Below, piece after piece: positions 23,754 through 24,251 of a stretch of 24,251 bases of DNA. Each line of letters begins with the position of its first letter. The first letter of the stretch is position 1. The DNA lies in the IMG/VR virus record IMGVR_UViG_3300048578_000401, positions 1 through 24,251 of that record. One strand, written 5' to 3'. The position numbers and the translations under genes are program-made. The notes beneath the pieces were generated by a model that was given only the letters and a program-made list of their open reading frames with translations, was not told where the DNA came from and did not search any database. The DNA comes from a virus (Duplodnaviria; Caudoviricetes).

Positions 23754-24251
23754 ATGACTATCTCCGCAAGCGATATTACCGCGGCTCTGAATGTGGCCTT
23801 GACCCGCAACGAGTCCAATGTGGACTACTGGCTCAAGCTGGCCCTGCAGGATATCTCCCTTCAGATCGACTGCCTGACGGGGACAACCCAGATCCAGACG
23901 GTCTTCGGTAAGGTCGATTACGCGTTGCCCAGTACCGTCAAATCCATCGTCACGGCCAAGCGGGACATGGGACCCACGCTTACGCGAACCCTGCTCGATG
24001 ACTATATGGAGGTGTTTAACCTGGTGGAGGCTTTCGCCTGGATCCAGACGCCCCCTGATGCCTGGGCTCAGTACACGACCTACGCCAAGGGGACTAAGGT
24101 CACCTACGAAGAGAAGGTCTACATCTGCCTGCAGGAACACACATCCACAACCAACTCCGGCCCGCCGGATTTCACCTGGGTCGATCGGTACCCGGATGAA
24201 TCCCCACTGCTCTGGCAGCGGTGGATGTATCCCAACCAGGGGCCGCCGACT
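23754..24251 (+). CDS. Putative head-tail adaptor protein with inserted CBM5/12-like module (3'-truncated by window; absent from the ORF track)
   Basis: GAGG SD, ATG 23754, frame open to the window end: MTISASDI...DYWLKLALQDIS...QTVFGKVDYALP...WAQYTTYAKGTKVTYEEKVYICLQEHTS. Confidence 0.75.
   Translation, partial: MTISASDITAALNVALTRNESNVDYWLKLALQDISLQIDCLTGTTQIQTVFGKVDYALPSTVKSIVTAKRDMGPTLTRTLLDDYMEVFNLVEAFAWIQTPPDAWAQYTTYAKGTKVTYEEKVYICLQEHTSTTNSGPPDFTWVDRYPDESPLLWQRWMYPNQGPPT

Larger units (their letters stand above)
1..24251 (+). mobile_element. Segment of a Caudoviricetes phage/prophage genome (replication/accessory region through head and adaptor genes)
   Basis: Gene order TerS-TerL-portal-scaffold-major capsid-adaptor; dense co-oriented small ORFs with ATGA/GTGA overlaps; phage-type MTase and replication initiator. 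No integrase or att site in the window. Confidence 0.97.

Overview
This window is a contiguous segment of a tailed dsDNA phage or prophage, almost all on the + strand. The portal, scaffold, N4-gp56-like capsid and adaptor point to a podovirus-type head. Bases 1-11,015 are early/middle accessory and replication genes: a Tad2/DUF2829-like protein, a RyR-domain protein, a tRNA-like RNA, a DUF2303-like pair, CsrA, a DHH phosphoesterase, a PD-(D/E)XK nuclease, an ASCH-like protein, a DNA methyltransferase, a PnuC-like protein, a tandem OB-fold protein, and a DUF4373-like initiator with internal iterons. Next come a divergent XRE-HTH gene with a probable leaderless promoter and operator, a DUF1566 (Lcl-type) protein, and a PEP-CTERM surface protein with its own promoter. 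The late region (membrane proteins/lipoproteins, TerS, TerL, portal, scaffold, capsid, three paralogous virion proteins, adaptor) follows. The most striking unexplained structure lies at the entrance to the late operon (13,909-14,330). A 53-aa DUF2292-like ORF is followed by two tandem intrinsic terminators. Each overlaps a conserved, covarying RNA motif that is mutually exclusive with the terminator stem, which suggests a small-protein/RNA antitermination switch for late genes. CsrA, PEP-CTERM and CACGAA repeats weakly suggest a Planctomycetota/PVC host. All family assignments come from reading motifs by eye; no searches were run.
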